From contig JAVECO010000123.1 in NCBI GenBank assembly GCA_051942205.1, positions 1 to 64,000 of the forward strand: a stretch of DNA of 64,000 bases. The letters run 5' to 3'. Shown here piece by piece: positions 1-11,651 of the stretch (positions are counted from its first letter, which is position 1; each line of letters opens with the position of its first letter). Below the pieces are notes generated by a model. The model saw nothing but the letters and a program-made list of their open reading frames with translations. It had not been told where the DNA came from and searched no databases. The DNA is from Coniocarpon cinnabarinum. Lineage: Eukaryota. The position numbers were made by a program, and so were the translations under genes.

Positions 1-632
1 TTCCATGCCCCCTTCCCTCGCTATACCCATCTCCCCCGTGATCATCAGGTACCTACCTATTCGCTCTCCAAAAGACCAGGCAGCGCGTCCATCCATCCCG
101 TGTCTCGCCATTAAGCAAGGCTCTCGGCTCCACTGCCGCCAGCGCTACCCAGCCCGCTACTAGCCCGCTACTGCACTCTTGCCACACTGCCTGACTGCCA
201 CGAAGCTTGGTTGTGGCTGGTGGCTGGTGGCTGGTGGCTCTTCACAGCAAGTGGCAGTGCTCTGTCCCATGCGTCGGGTAGGCATCTTTTGAGACGGTAC
301 CGAGCAGGTCGCGTCTCGCCAAGTCCAAAGAATGTCTCCATGAGGAAAAGGTGTGCGAGAAGAATGGGCGACGCGAGCATCTTGGACCGGTGACGTGCAA
401 GGCGGTGTGCGACCTCCCCACCGCCCACTCATCAACCACGTGCACTCTTGACTCGCTTACGTCTAATACTTCAGAAAAAGCTTCTTAATACATAACTAAG
501 CTAAGGTAGTACTCCGTACATACGTACGGTATTTGGATGATTAGCATGTGGGCCGTGTGATCGCATCATTGGCCGTTGATCATCATTCATGCATTCCATT
601 CTCCTGCCAGCCCTGCTCCAGTAACCTAACCT

Positions 633-2891
633 TCAAAAGACTTCCGTAATGAATCGGTATCTGATCTTGCTCCCATCCGCCCATGCCAATGTAGTCTGCG
701 TTCGACACGCTTCCTTCAGCGTGGCGCCCAGGCCCGGGTTCCCGCAGTAGAAGACACCTACTTCGCCACCCGCCCATCCTTGTTTGCCCATCTCGGCGTG
801 GTAATCCCGCAGCACAGCACTGAAGTCGGGACGACGGAAGTGGCTTGCTGTCTTCAAACCCGTGAGGACCGAGTGATCTTGCGCCGGGCTTCGATATCTG
901 TCGACGAGGTGTTTGAAGACGTGATCAGACATCGTCTTGTTTGGTGCGGTGACGTAGGTGTTGATGTTGAATTGCAACTGCATTGGTCTGGCGGCATTGT
1001 CGTACGCTGGAAGATCGATGAATGAGCTTGCTGCCGATGTCGCCGCAGATGTGTCCCGTGAGTGCACCTCGGAGTTGCCCTGCGAGTGCGCTTCAGCGGC
1101 TTCCTGAGCCCGATTGAGATAATCGGAGAACCATTGCAATGAAGGCGGGTCTCGAGTGATCCAGTGGAAGTCCACGCGCCTTCGCTTGGGCGCTTGCAGG
1201 ACCTCGCGCACAGATGCGGACAGAGTCTTCTCCATTCCTACTGAGCACATCGCTTTCTCCACGTCAATGGCATCGCTGTGTGTCTCACATTTCAGCTTCG
1301 ATCCCTCGTTCATAGAGCCGTCAGAGCTGTGCAGGCTCCGATTGATGAAGGGATTGTATACCCGGGCAAAAGGACTGCCGTCGTTCCGATGCCGACTGCG
1401 ATCGAGCCTTTTCCATGGGTTCTTATTTCGGCTCATCTTGTTGGCAAAGTCGTTCGCGATGCTGCTCATGGGCGTCACGCCTATGCCAGACCCAATGACG
1501 ATGGATCGGTCGAACTGGTATATTTGTTGGGCTGGAGCCCCGAATGGCCCGTCTACGCTAACACAGAAATGATCATTCCTAGGTAAGCGTCGAAGCATCT
1601 TAGTCCAATTGCCAGCATGTCTGATGTGCACCGTCATGGCATCTGAGTTGCAGGAGGAGATTGTGAAGGGATGCCACTGCCACCAACTGATGCTGGGCAC
1701 TTGTAGTAGAATGTATTGACCCGCAGCACACTTCCATGGACCATCCCAACGTCTCCGAATAGTTAGAGTAACGGTGTCTTTGTCTAATGTCTTGAGTGTC
1801 GCCGGCATGTGCATCAGCCCTCGAATGAGTCTGTGCACTCTCTCAGTTACGACCGTGATGGTCGGTATGATGAGAAAGTATCCGAGCATTGGAGAGTGTA
1901 GGAGGGCCAAAGTCCCATGCGCAGCAAGTAGTCCCACGAATGGGAACAGCAGGAGGTGCGCAAGTTGAAACACCTCAAAGTTCCAATTGCGGACCTTTGG
2001 TAGACTGAGAAAGAAGATCAGCCAGAAGATTGCGAGGGCTAAGATGCCAGACCAGCCAGGGAGCAAGGACAGATATTTGGTGTAAGTCGTATGGTACCAT
2101 TGTTTCCCCCAAAACGCTACCACTGCCAACTGATGACTTGGACGAGAGCCCCAAACGAAATCACCTGACATATGTGCAATGCCGTGTATAGTAGAGAAGA
2201 CCAGACAACTACAACACATGTAGATGTGGAAGCCCCGGTGAAGATCCCAATTGATGACTCGGCCCATGCCTGGAATCTTTCGGCACAGCGTAGCGAGCCA
2301 TCGTGACATTGACAGTATCATGAGAAAGATGGTAGGGTAGATTGGGCCGGCAAAAGTCTTCGCGACGACGACACCCCAACCGAGAGCGTGACGAGCGGGT
2401 CTGTTGTGGAGGAACATCACCAGTTGGTAGACTCCAAAAGCAACTTGCAGCGCAATGACGAACGCAATAAACAGCATTTGTCGTGCCTCAAGGCTCAGAA
2501 AAGCTTTCACTTGCCGCAGCAGAGAGACCCGCTTCTGGATAGTCTCGTCGGCATCATTTTTCGCGGTGCTGTTGCTCTTGGACGGTATGTTCCAGGATGC
2601 GACGAGAGTAGTGAAGTCGGCCTCATTCAACGGATTTTTGTGTTTTGGATAAAACTCATTCAAAATGCAGATTGTCTTGGGATTTGTATGCTGCACGACC
2701 GACGGGCGTCGAGTAGCGCGTCTGGCTATGCGATCTGTTATCCCTGGTCCGTCAGATGAAGCAGATAGAATTGCCTCAAATTTGGCTTTGACGTTCGCAT
2801 ATGTCACCAAGTTGGTATCAGCGTCTTCTAGCTCGTAGAATAGATCGCGAATTTCGTTTTCAGAGAGACAAGTCCCAGAGCTGTGAGCCAT
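633..2891 (-). CDS. noxC: NADPH oxidase/ferric-reductase family protein with degenerate N-terminal EF-hand (NoxC-like), intronless
   Basis: Single long ORF. TM helices carry paired haem His (HIYM..IHGIAH; AHLLL..AAHG). FAD motif HPFT, DGPFG, NADPH motif GSGIGVTP and C-terminal VFYCG...RFITEVF are present. EF-hand-like IRDLFYELEDADTNLVTY. Likely ATG at 2891 (MAHSSG). Confidence 0.8.
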   Translation of the reverse strand: MAHSSGTCLSENEIRDLFYELEDADTNLVTYANVKAKFEAILSASSDGPGITDRIARRATRRPSVVQHTNPKTICILNEFYPKHKNPLNEADFTTLVASWNIPSKSNSTAKNDADETIQKRVSLLRQVKAFLSLEARQMLFIAFVIALQVAFGVYQLVMFLHNRPARHALGWGVVVAKTFAGPIYPTIFLMILSMSRWLATLCRKIPGMGRVINWDLHRGFHIYMCCSCLVFSTIHGIAHMSGDFVWGSRPSHQLAVVAFWGKQWYHTTYTKYLSLLPGWSGILALAIFWLIFFLSLPKVRNWNFEVFQLAHLLLFPFVGLLAAHGTLALLHSPMLGYFLIIPTITVVTERVHRLIRGLMHMPATLKTLDKDTVTLTIRRRWDGPWKCAAGQYILLQVPSISWWQWHPFTISSCNSDAMTVHIRHAGNWTKMLRRLPRNDHFCVSVDGPFGAPAQQIYQFDRSIVIGSGIGVTPMSSIANDFANKMSRNKNPWKRLDRSRHRNDGSPFARVYNPFINRSLHSSDGSMNEGSKLKCETHSDAIDVEKAMCSVGMEKTLSASVREVLQAPKRRRVDFHWITRDPPSLQWFSDYLNRAQEAAEAHSQGNSEVHSRDTSAATSAASSFIDLPAYDNAARPMQLQFNINTYVTAPNKTMSDHVFKHLVDRYRSPAQDHSVLTGLKTASHFRRPDFSAVLRDYHAEMGKQGWAGGEVGVFYCGNPGLGATLKEACRTQTTLAWADGSKIRYRFITEVF

Positions 2892-4534
2892 GCGGAGTGC
2901 GGGAAGCCTCAACGCTGTGTTTCAAGAGCCAACGAATAACGACCGATTTTCAACGGGCTTGAACGGCTTGTGAAGAAGTATAGCGTTTGGTCGAAGGCAA
3001 TGGGTGTATCTTTAAGTGAAAGCGCGAACACACTTGATCGCGGTAGAAAGGGAGTGGTGAAGAGGGCGTTGGCCAGCAACGCAGACGCATCGGAAGGTGA
3101 AGAGATGCTGTGCGGGAACCACAGCTCATCCACCTCAAGTGTTATCGGTTATGAATAGGGCTGATCGGAGTCATAGCTCTTCTCAAACGATCTCACTGAT
3201 GACGCCCAAAAATCTCTCGCATTGAGAGCGAGAAGTTTGTGATGGCAGAAGGCTGCAGTGAGATCGAAGTCGTGAAAGACCTACTTCGTCGCTCGAGACG
3301 GAGCACAAGTTGAAGGCGTATTAATGTAAACGATTATGCAATAGAGAAGGAGTGAAGCGTAGCGACCAGAAGCGGTAACCATGCAAGGTCCATGTGCTGA
3401 AGCTGAACCTGGTAAAGGTGAATAGTCAATGCAACGCGGTGCCGCCAAGTGAGGCACTATCCATGCAAGAGACGAACAGATAAAGACATTGTGCGACAAC
3501 AAGAATGGAGGTGAAAGGTGTTGGCCAAGGCAATCTCACAGAGTAAACGGAATCAAGATCGCGCCCAAACGTAGTCAGAATATGCCAGATGCTGCGCGTT
3601 TGATGCGCTGAGGTGGATGTCAAAAGGGGCAATACCCAAAAGAATTAACCTGTTCAAGGAACGGAACAGAGTCTGCCGTACTACGCCATACCGCGCCTAG
3701 AATGATTGTGATCGAGATCAGACGATTGAGAGAAGGGAAGGTATGATTCCGATCCAATGAGTTATGGCAGCGATGCGAGTGTCACGGTGGAAAGGTAACG
3801 AAAGGCACGTCGTGGGCAGTAGAACAAACGCAGGTTGGCATTGCGACCGTGGCGTTTGCGAACGCGCCCAACTCGGCAGGCCAATACAAGCGAGCATGGC
3901 GAGCCCCCGGCTGTGAGGATGCTTGAGCGGCTGTCCGTACTTGGAAGCGTCACCACTCGATTGAGAGCAGTGGAGCGAAGCGACGCGCGAGGCTCCGGAT
4001 TGCAGCGAGGAGATGCAAAGGAGTGGAAGTGAAAATCGCTCGCCTTGAAACGCGCAGCGATGGCCGGTTTCACTCTCGGCCTATCACGTGCCATCGAGCA
4101 GGGCAGGGTGGCAGGCCGCCCCTGTAGGGCTGGGATGTCGGCCCTATTCCTTATCTGGATGCCTTGTAATCGCTCGGAAACCCACCAATCAGAGCTGCTC
4201 TTTTCATCGTCATCTCAGTAGTCTCTCTCTTCTGAAACCAGACGGACTTGTTAGCACGTGTGCAAAATAGGCACCGATCACTTGAGATGCCCGGCTCTAA
4301 TCCTTGGGTCCAATGATAGCCTGAGATACAATTCATCCCCAGTAGATATCCCGTGTGTACCGCGCATAGTTGGAGATCTTCCTCCCGACCTAGTCAAGAC
4401 CTATTTGAGTCCAAAACCGTTGAGAAATCCTCATGTTCCTCTTTGCTTTTTACGCGCTCGGAATCGTAGTCGTGTACTTCTACGCTTCCCCGACCTGCAG
4501 GCCTCGGTAATCGACGAATCACAGGACGTTTCCC

Positions 4535-6287
4535 ATGCCCAAGACGAGCATCAAGCGAGCTAAGACCGGTTGCGCCACGTGCAAAGCTCGCAAGGTCAAG
4601 TGTGACGAAACACGCCCGACTTGCAATCGCTGCAGGTCATCGGGTAGGCAGTGTGTTGGTGAGTCTCCTTCCCAATGGTGTGGTCTACGGGTTCAGGAGG
4701 GTATTGAAAGTGACCTAGGCTGGAGCGTCGAGATCCGAAATAGTGGTCCCCCGACTCGCAGGACGTTACTTCCAAACCAGACATCGACCACTTTGAGCAC
4801 GCTTAGACCATACTCGCAACCTGTTCCGGCAAGCGAGTTTACTCTGTGCTCTGATCTCTTTGATTTTTTCCGGACAAGCGCTGCGCCACAGTTGGGGTCT
4901 ATCAATGCTGCCGATTTCTGGCTGAGGCTGGTGAGAATGCTGAAAACAGTAGTCCGCGCGAAAGAAGACTCCTCCTGACTCAATCTTCATGCAGGTACTG
5001 CAAGCTTGTCATACCGAGGAGCCGGTATGGCACGCAGCGGCTGCCTTTGGCGCCATCCACCGAACTTACCGTGATCACGGGCCTGAGGGAGTGACATCCG
5101 CCATCAGCCTCGGTGAACACCATGACAAAGCATACCGCCAATATCATAAAGCCGTCATCAGCTTGCATTCTCAACTGAGGAGCGGAGACAGCAAGTCGAT
5201 GCATGTGGCTTTGATCGCTTGTGTGCTCCTCGTTTGTTTTGATTTGATATCAAACAGGTACAAAGCTGCCTTATTGCATCTGAGAAGCGGACTCGGAATT
5301 CTTGATTACAGCAAAGAATCGAGAAAAAGTCTGAACGGAAATAAAGACGTTGTCGACCTGGAACAGAGGTTTGGCAATTACTCGATTGACGACGACTTAC
5401 AGGAGCCATTCTCATTACTTGAAGTGCAAGCAATTTTCTTCGGTATCAGGAGATCGCGTCACCAGGATTGGCCGCAGGCTTCACTGGAAAAGGCCGACCC
5501 TTTGCCAGTCAATGGCTTCAAAAACATTGAGGAAGCACGGCGCTCGCTCGAGTATATCGTCGAATGCATTTCCAGCTTCGTGGTCAAAGTAGATGAAAAA
5601 ATCAAAGATGCACCATTCATTGAGCCAGTCGAGACTTTAATAGAGGAACAGAGGCTCCTCAAACTCAGACTCCAAGCTTGGTATCTCACTGCGGAGGGAC
5701 TCTTGACAGATTACCCACGTTCCACAGATGTAAACGTAACAAGTTTGCACGTCCAATATTGGGCTGACTGGATTCTCCTCAGCACCAGTCTGGACAAAGG
5801 CAGGGAAGTCATGTTTGACAACCACATCAAAGACTTCAGGCGTATTGTCGAACTCATCGAAGTATGCATGAGACTCAATCGGTTGCCGACCTTCTCAATC
5901 AACTATTCACTCATCCCGGCGCTCTACTATACAGCTATGAAATGCCGCGATCCCAGCATTCGCCGCCAAGCTATCAATCTGCTTCACTCCCAGCATTGGC
6001 GTGAAGGGATGTGGGAGTCTTCTACGGGTGCTTTCAAATCGGCCTGGCTCATGGCGGAAGAGGAGCGTGGTCTTTCGCACGTGGAATGTGCGGCAGATAT
6101 TCCTGAGCAGTCCAGAATTCACCAATCAATGCTTGTCCCGCGTCAAGGCGAAAAGCCCGTGGTGGTCTATCGCCGCAGACGCCACGAGTCGGATGGCAAG
6201 TGGATAACGTTCAATGCTGGCAGTCGCGAAGAGTTCGTCTCAGGAAATCGTGAACGCGAAGTAGACGTCGCGCATTGGAAGCTGTGA
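4535..6287 (+). CDS. Zn(II)2Cys6 transcription factor with fungal-specific TF domain
   Basis: CATCKARKVKCDETRPTCNRCRSSGRQC. Probable introns about 4659-4718 and 4931-4994 (GTGAGA...CAG) join it to the 4989-6287 ORF (HLRSGLGIL, LYYTAMKCRDPSIRRQAINLL, REGMWES). Confidence 0.9.
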
Positions 6288-6417
6288 GTTTCCCCTTGCT
6301 CATTGATGTCTTCGAGTGTCTGCTGATTGTATAGATTTGCGCTACCTTCCTCAACTGTACGGCTGCAGTCATGGGGCGATTTCCATGAGGGAGAGGGCAA
6401 TCGTCGCTTCCAACTCT

Positions 6418-7294
6418 TCACTTCGTGATGACTAGTAACAAGATGAGAATAACTACCAAAGATATTATGATGGTGACGCTGAGGTTGTCCTTCGCCTTGC
6501 GTGCAATCTTACCCACGCGCTTATGTGCCCTGTCGAGTTGACTTGAATGTCTTGTGACGCCTTGGTCCACGTCGTCTAAAAGCTCATTCTGTGCTTCGAG
6601 CTCGTCGCCCATGGCTATGCTCAGCTCCCGTTGCCTGCCGACACTTGCCCCAAGTCTGTCCAGCTGCTCATCTTGATCTCGCATCACATGCGTGTGGTAT
6701 TCATGAATCTGCTGGTTGTCCAAATGTGAGTGATCAGGTGCGTCCAGCTCGTCTGGATCGTCACGGAACGGCATCAGAGCAGCACGATTCGCTTGATGGG
6801 CAGCGTCGGCGTTCGGATCATCGCGGAAGCGCACGGATTTCGACGTGCGACTGGTAGGTGCCATGCTCAGAGCTTGTGAGGCTCTGGAGAAGTCGGAAGT
6901 GAGGCACGGGTCGTTTGGCTGAGCCGCTGCTGCGGCTGTGGCAGGAGTGGAGGATCCATCAAATTCGTGCATCAGATCATCATATTGCTTTCGCAGTTGT
7001 GGCAGATCATTGTGAAGTCTGTCACGCGGCTCGTCAGCTTTTGCAGAATCTCGAGGCATGAACCTCACTCAGGAATGGATTCTATATCGAAGCCTTGGAT
7101 ACTGGAGCTTACTCTGGTGCCTGCTGCGCTTCGAGCGCTTCGAGACCATCGCGGAACGACTTCAGTGACCTCGATATCTCGGCATTCTGTGCGCTGGGAT
7201 CTACGTCGAATGAAGAGGCTCGCTGACGCTCAAGGAGCGTCAACTTGATATGATCTGAGAGCAGAAAGAGTTGCGCTGGACCGGCTGTCGACAT
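6418..7294 (-). CDS. SYN8: Syntaxin-8-like t-SNARE
   Basis: N-terminus QLFLLSDHIKLTLLERQRA, SNARE coiled coil (DQDEQLDRLGASVGRQRELSIAMGDELEAQNELLDDVD) and C-terminal TM anchor. One intron near 7055-7112. Confidence 0.88.
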
Positions 7295-7852
7295 AGCGCT
7301 GAGCCTGTCGGTGGTCGGTAAATCAGGGACTTTGAAGACGGCAACGTCGGGTGTGTGTAAAGTCTATGAGGCAGGTAGATGCCTGCTAATCGCTCAAGAC
7401 CCCATGACGTTGGAGATATCACCCTGCCTGCCCACGGCAGCGGCACACATAGCCCCAAGCGTGCCAAGATCTGGGGCATGCACGTGGCACTAACTGGTAC
7501 TAAATTATCCAAGCCCCTTCTGGAAGACGTTGAAGTCCTGACAGATCACTGTAAAGTCACGGCAGTTCTCAAGCTTGACTAAAAAGTCCGTTTAAAGACT
7601 CCGAAGTCCATCAGACGCAACCGGCCCGCCCAGAATCGCGCCAATGCAGGCTGTTCGAGCCGAAAATGCAGTCCTTCGGCTTCCAACGCATGCATGTCTA
7701 AACTCTCTAGCTAGCCTTCTAGCTAGCCTAGGTAGAGCCACGCACCTCCAGCATTGTCTTCATAACATACATTACATCCCATTGGGACGTCCCACATGAA
7801 GCTGTAAATAACTCTAGATCCTGGACTGAAAAGGGGACGGAACTACAAAGCC

Positions 7853-8929
7853 ATGTCTACTCCGTCCACAGGCCAACTCCAAGAGTATATGTTTGGTCGC
7901 GATCTCCGCTCTTCTGCTCGGTACGTTGCTGCCGCTGATAAATTTATGGTTGACGCACATTACCGACTGCTGCTTGTCGTCCAGTCTCAATCTCAATCAC
8001 TGGCTCTTCAAAGCTGTTGCTGGATACTTACTCCACCCCAAGGTTGCGTGTCTGGAGGATGCGGTCATTGCCGATATTGGCTGTCACGGCGCAAGTGATC
8101 ACAAACTTGCAGATATCAAGCAATGAAGGGGCATGCATGTCTCTCTAATAGCGTCTGAATTCGTAGCGTATTGCTTCAAGAGCTTGCTGAGCAAGTTCGC
8201 TTCCCAGCAAAGCTCTATGGATACGACGACTTCCCAGGACAATGCCCACCCTCCGAATGGCTGCTTCCAACCATCAATCTGAAAAGCCATGACTGTTTTG
8301 AGCCTTTCTCGGAAGATGATCTCGGCAAGTTTGATGTTGTCCACATCCGCTTCTTCCGGTGCATCGTAAAGAACAACGACCCGGAGCCATTGCTCAAAAA
8401 CTTGGCAACCCTTCTGAGTATGAATACGAGGGCAAGCTTCGCCAGCGTTGGGTGGTGCTGACATACTTGTCAAGAACCCGGTGGATACCTGCAATGGTTC
8501 GACATGATGGGGAGCGAGTCTCGTGTGGAAAAAAAGAACGCTTCTCTCCAAACACCGGCCTCTGACCAGCTCGCTAGAATGAGCGTATTACCAACTCCTG
8601 ATTTGCCAGCAGAGTAAGCCCGCCTGAAGTGATGCTACTTTGTCACCCAGAACTAATTCTATCTTAGTTGGGTGGGCAAGTTGCCTGATACATTTGCGAA
8701 GAATGGGTTCGAGGTTGTCGCATCGGACCGTGTTTCCCTTCGCGATCCCTATCGTATGCCATGGGCTCAGAGTGCCCTAGTTGGCATTGAAGAAACCAGT
8801 GCGAAAGGAGGAGAGGAAGAGGCAAAACAAGCTCAGGGACTTATTGATTCTCTGCTAAAAGAGATTGCTCAAGGTGCTGTCATGGAGGCACCGTGCATTT
8901 GCGTTGTTGGCCGCAAGCGACCCATTTAG
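7853..8929 (+). pseudogene. SirN/GliN-like class I SAM methyltransferase with apparent 2-bp frameshift in motif I (pseudogene or sequence error)
   Basis: Exons give YMFGRDLRSSARLNLNHWL..GYLLHP..IADIGC, then FDVVHIRF, then CVVGRK. The exons around 8085-8167 only join in frame if GG is restored at 8084/8085 (DIGCGTA|VLLQEL, GC donor at 8091, acceptor 8166). Confidence 0.6.
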
Positions 8930-9683
8930 ATAAACTGGAAGCGATGTGGATGGGTGGGACACGGGCTGCAAAGATCAGCGACGTTGCCAAACTTATCATG
9001 AGCTCAGCTTTCGCTCCATCTTTGTTCATCCACTGCAAACATTCCCGCTCGCTTCCTGCAATGATTTGGCTCTTACAAAACCCTTCTGACTCAGACTGCA
9101 AGCCCAAAGAGGGTGAAGTCTTTTCGACCTTTTCTATGCGCTGTCTGTCCGTAGGAGCCATCTCGAGATGTTGTGAATGGCGTGGTATGTCTGCGAAGCG
9201 TCTCATAACAGAGAAGAAGCCGATGGCAGGTATTTGAAAGTCAGAAACGAGCGCGTGAATGTACTCAGCCGAAGTGGCAGTACGAATTAACCCTTTACAT
9301 ACGCGATGACTGCATTCATCGTATGGTGAGATAGGATCGAAATAACCTGGCAGTGTGATAACGGAGTTCAAGGTGAATATTTCTACAACAGTTGAGGGAA
9401 TTGCCGGGGCGCTCACCACTTTGCTGTACTGACACCGACAGAGCTCCTTCGAGCCCGTCCCACCAAGATCTAGTACTATCTTTTTAACAAGCAATCTACT
9501 AGCTCTACTGATCACATGCAGCATCTTTGCTGTTACTCATTTTCCATCCTTTCCATCACCAAAGCTCGTTCAAATATTCATTCATCTCTATTCTGTTCTT
9601 CGTGCACCGTGCTAATCTTAAGTATCTACGCATCATTCCCTGCAGCTATCAATCCTTTGCGCAACACTTAACAGTCAACAACC

Positions 9684-10100
9684 GTCGCACCCAAATTTAA
9701 GAAAGTCGTTACACGGCAACTTTGCTTCGTGCGTGGCACTTAGAATGAGGCCATCGAAGCGGGCGTAGGACGAATGTACAACTGGATCGGATCGAAACTT
9801 TCTAAGCCCCACTTCATTCGATTGCGCGAGACCTACGAAAAGCTCGAACAACAGCAAAAGAAGAAGATCTCGTTCGGTATCGGACAAGTTCCAGAAGCGA
9901 TCGTCAATGCGAGGACTGGTGGCCGTAACAGATTCGGCATGCCACCTGACTTACAGGAGTTTCGTGATGTGGATCACTTTGCCTACTTTGTGTTCTGTGT
10001 TGTCCAAAACCACTCGGATGATCGCAATGGAATCTTCTTCGAATCCAACTTGCCCAAGCCAGAGCGCGAACTTTGTCCTTACATCGGAAAGGCTCGTTGA
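9684..10100 (+). pseudogene. Orphan-family gene relic, copy A
   Basis: Clear similarity to the minus-strand ORF at 11301-11651 (MYNWIGS/MYRWIGS; EFRDVDHFAYFV/EYRDVDFFAYFV; DRNGIFF/DRDGIFF). The similarity extends upstream through an in-frame TAG at 9741. Confidence 0.55.
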
Positions 10101-11239
10101 TCCGTTCTCTGATTGTTCTCTGCAACTCCTAAAAGCCTTTGACGCAAATTGCAAGCCAAAGAGGGTGAAGTCTTTGGGTGGACTGAAACATGCAGTCAAG
10201 GGCGTGCAGCTGAGGGCTTAGAGCATGACAGGCTATCAACTTCTTGAACAGTACCTCTCTTTGAATTATAGGATGTGGCTATCCAAGACGCCTGTAGAGC
10301 TAAAAGGGTTGGTCCCGACGCGGTGCAAGCGACGCTTTTCGCAAACCACTTCAACTTGTCGATCTCTGAAGATAGACTTGTAAGCGAAAGCGCTCACAGG
10401 CGCACTTGCGTCTAGGGCATTACAAAGCAAGGTCACGAGCTTCTTGCGCAAACTAGCAAAGGACAATCTGGGGCATGCAATATTTGGATGGCCCAAATCG
10501 AATACTTCTCGATTAGCGTTGGAGACTGGTGCAGTGGCTTCAAAGATCTTGTTGCAGAGTACTTGCTGTGCTACAACTTAGCGTCTTAAAACGTATAAAG
10601 CTCCTTTGCTGGCGTACCCGTGGTTTTATTACCTGCTTTCTTTTGACTATAAAAGCTCACTGCCTAGTCTGAGATTTATGAGAGCCCGTAACTGCAGGTG
10701 GGATGTATCAAACACGAACTGCGATGGGCTGATGTCTATGATGTTCTTGGTGTTGAGCAGGCCAGCAGGGTCGTGAAAAGGGGAAAGACGGTGGAGATGA
10801 TTGATGATTGAGTTCGCGTGCTCAGATTTCGCCATTCGTTTCTCTACCTCTCAATTTCATACCTGCCTGTCTGCCGGCATGGGATTGGATTCTTGGTGCA
10901 ACTGTGAACGCCTTCACAGTAGTCATATGCTGCGCTGCGCTAATATGAGGACCAGGGAAAGGCGGAAGTAAGTGTCGTATCGTAACTTGTGAAGATTTTT
11001 GAAGTGCTTCACAGGGCGTGCTCATGGCGGCGCAACGCCCTCTTCGACCTCTTCATCAGCTGGCCACTGGGCGTCATTGGCATACACGAATGCCGTGTCC
11101 ATAAGCGGATCAATCTGCGCCTGATCTTCTTCGTCTTCTTCCACCGCTTATACCTGAGTCATGGCTTCGACATCTAACTCCAGGGACTCCCGCGTCTGGC
11201 CAAGACAGTGCACAAATGTCTGCCAAATCCTGTACTCAC

Positions 11240-11651
11240 ATTCTCTGGCCGAGGCAAGTCGCATTTAAAGAATATACCGTCTCGGTCGTTGAGGTTATTT
11301 TTAGACCACAGCAATGACAAAGTAGGCGAAGAAATCTACATCGCGATATTCGTTTTTGTCGGGAGTGACGCCGAATAAGTTACAACCGTCACGCTTCCCT
11401 CTGAGTATAGCTTCTTGTACTTCGCTTAGGTTGAAATTGACAGTTCCACCCCTTGCTTTCAGCGCTTCGATATCTTCCAGAGCGCTCAAGAAGAGGGGCC
11501 TGAACATTGTAGACCCAATCCAGCGGTACATTTTGTTGATGCCTAAAACCTGCTCCTCTTTGTTGGGATGTGCTTCCGAACGTGATGCCTTGATAAATCC
11601 TAGGATCTTTGCTAACTCATATGCGGAGGCACATGCCGCTTTGGGAGCCAT
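11240..11651 (-). pseudogene. Orphan-family gene relic, copy B
   Basis: MAPKAAC...YFVIAVV is followed by TAA at 11301-11303 and a 1-nt frameshift in an A-run. After that, NNLNDRDGIFFKCDLPRPE continues the alignment with copy A. Confidence 0.55.

Noticed and set aside
1..480. Possible 3' end of a gene at the window edge
   Set aside because: Only short ORFs and a (TGGC)-type low-complexity tract; nothing can be assigned.
4535..6287. Zn2Cys6 factor as the RiPP cluster regulator
   Set aside because: It lies about 17 kb away, beyond SYN8, SAL1 and cyclin C, and nothing in the sequence links it to the cluster.
8880..9524. 214-aa minus-strand ORF
   Set aside because: No recognisable motif, overlaps the methyltransferase 3' end, and lies in a degenerate region.
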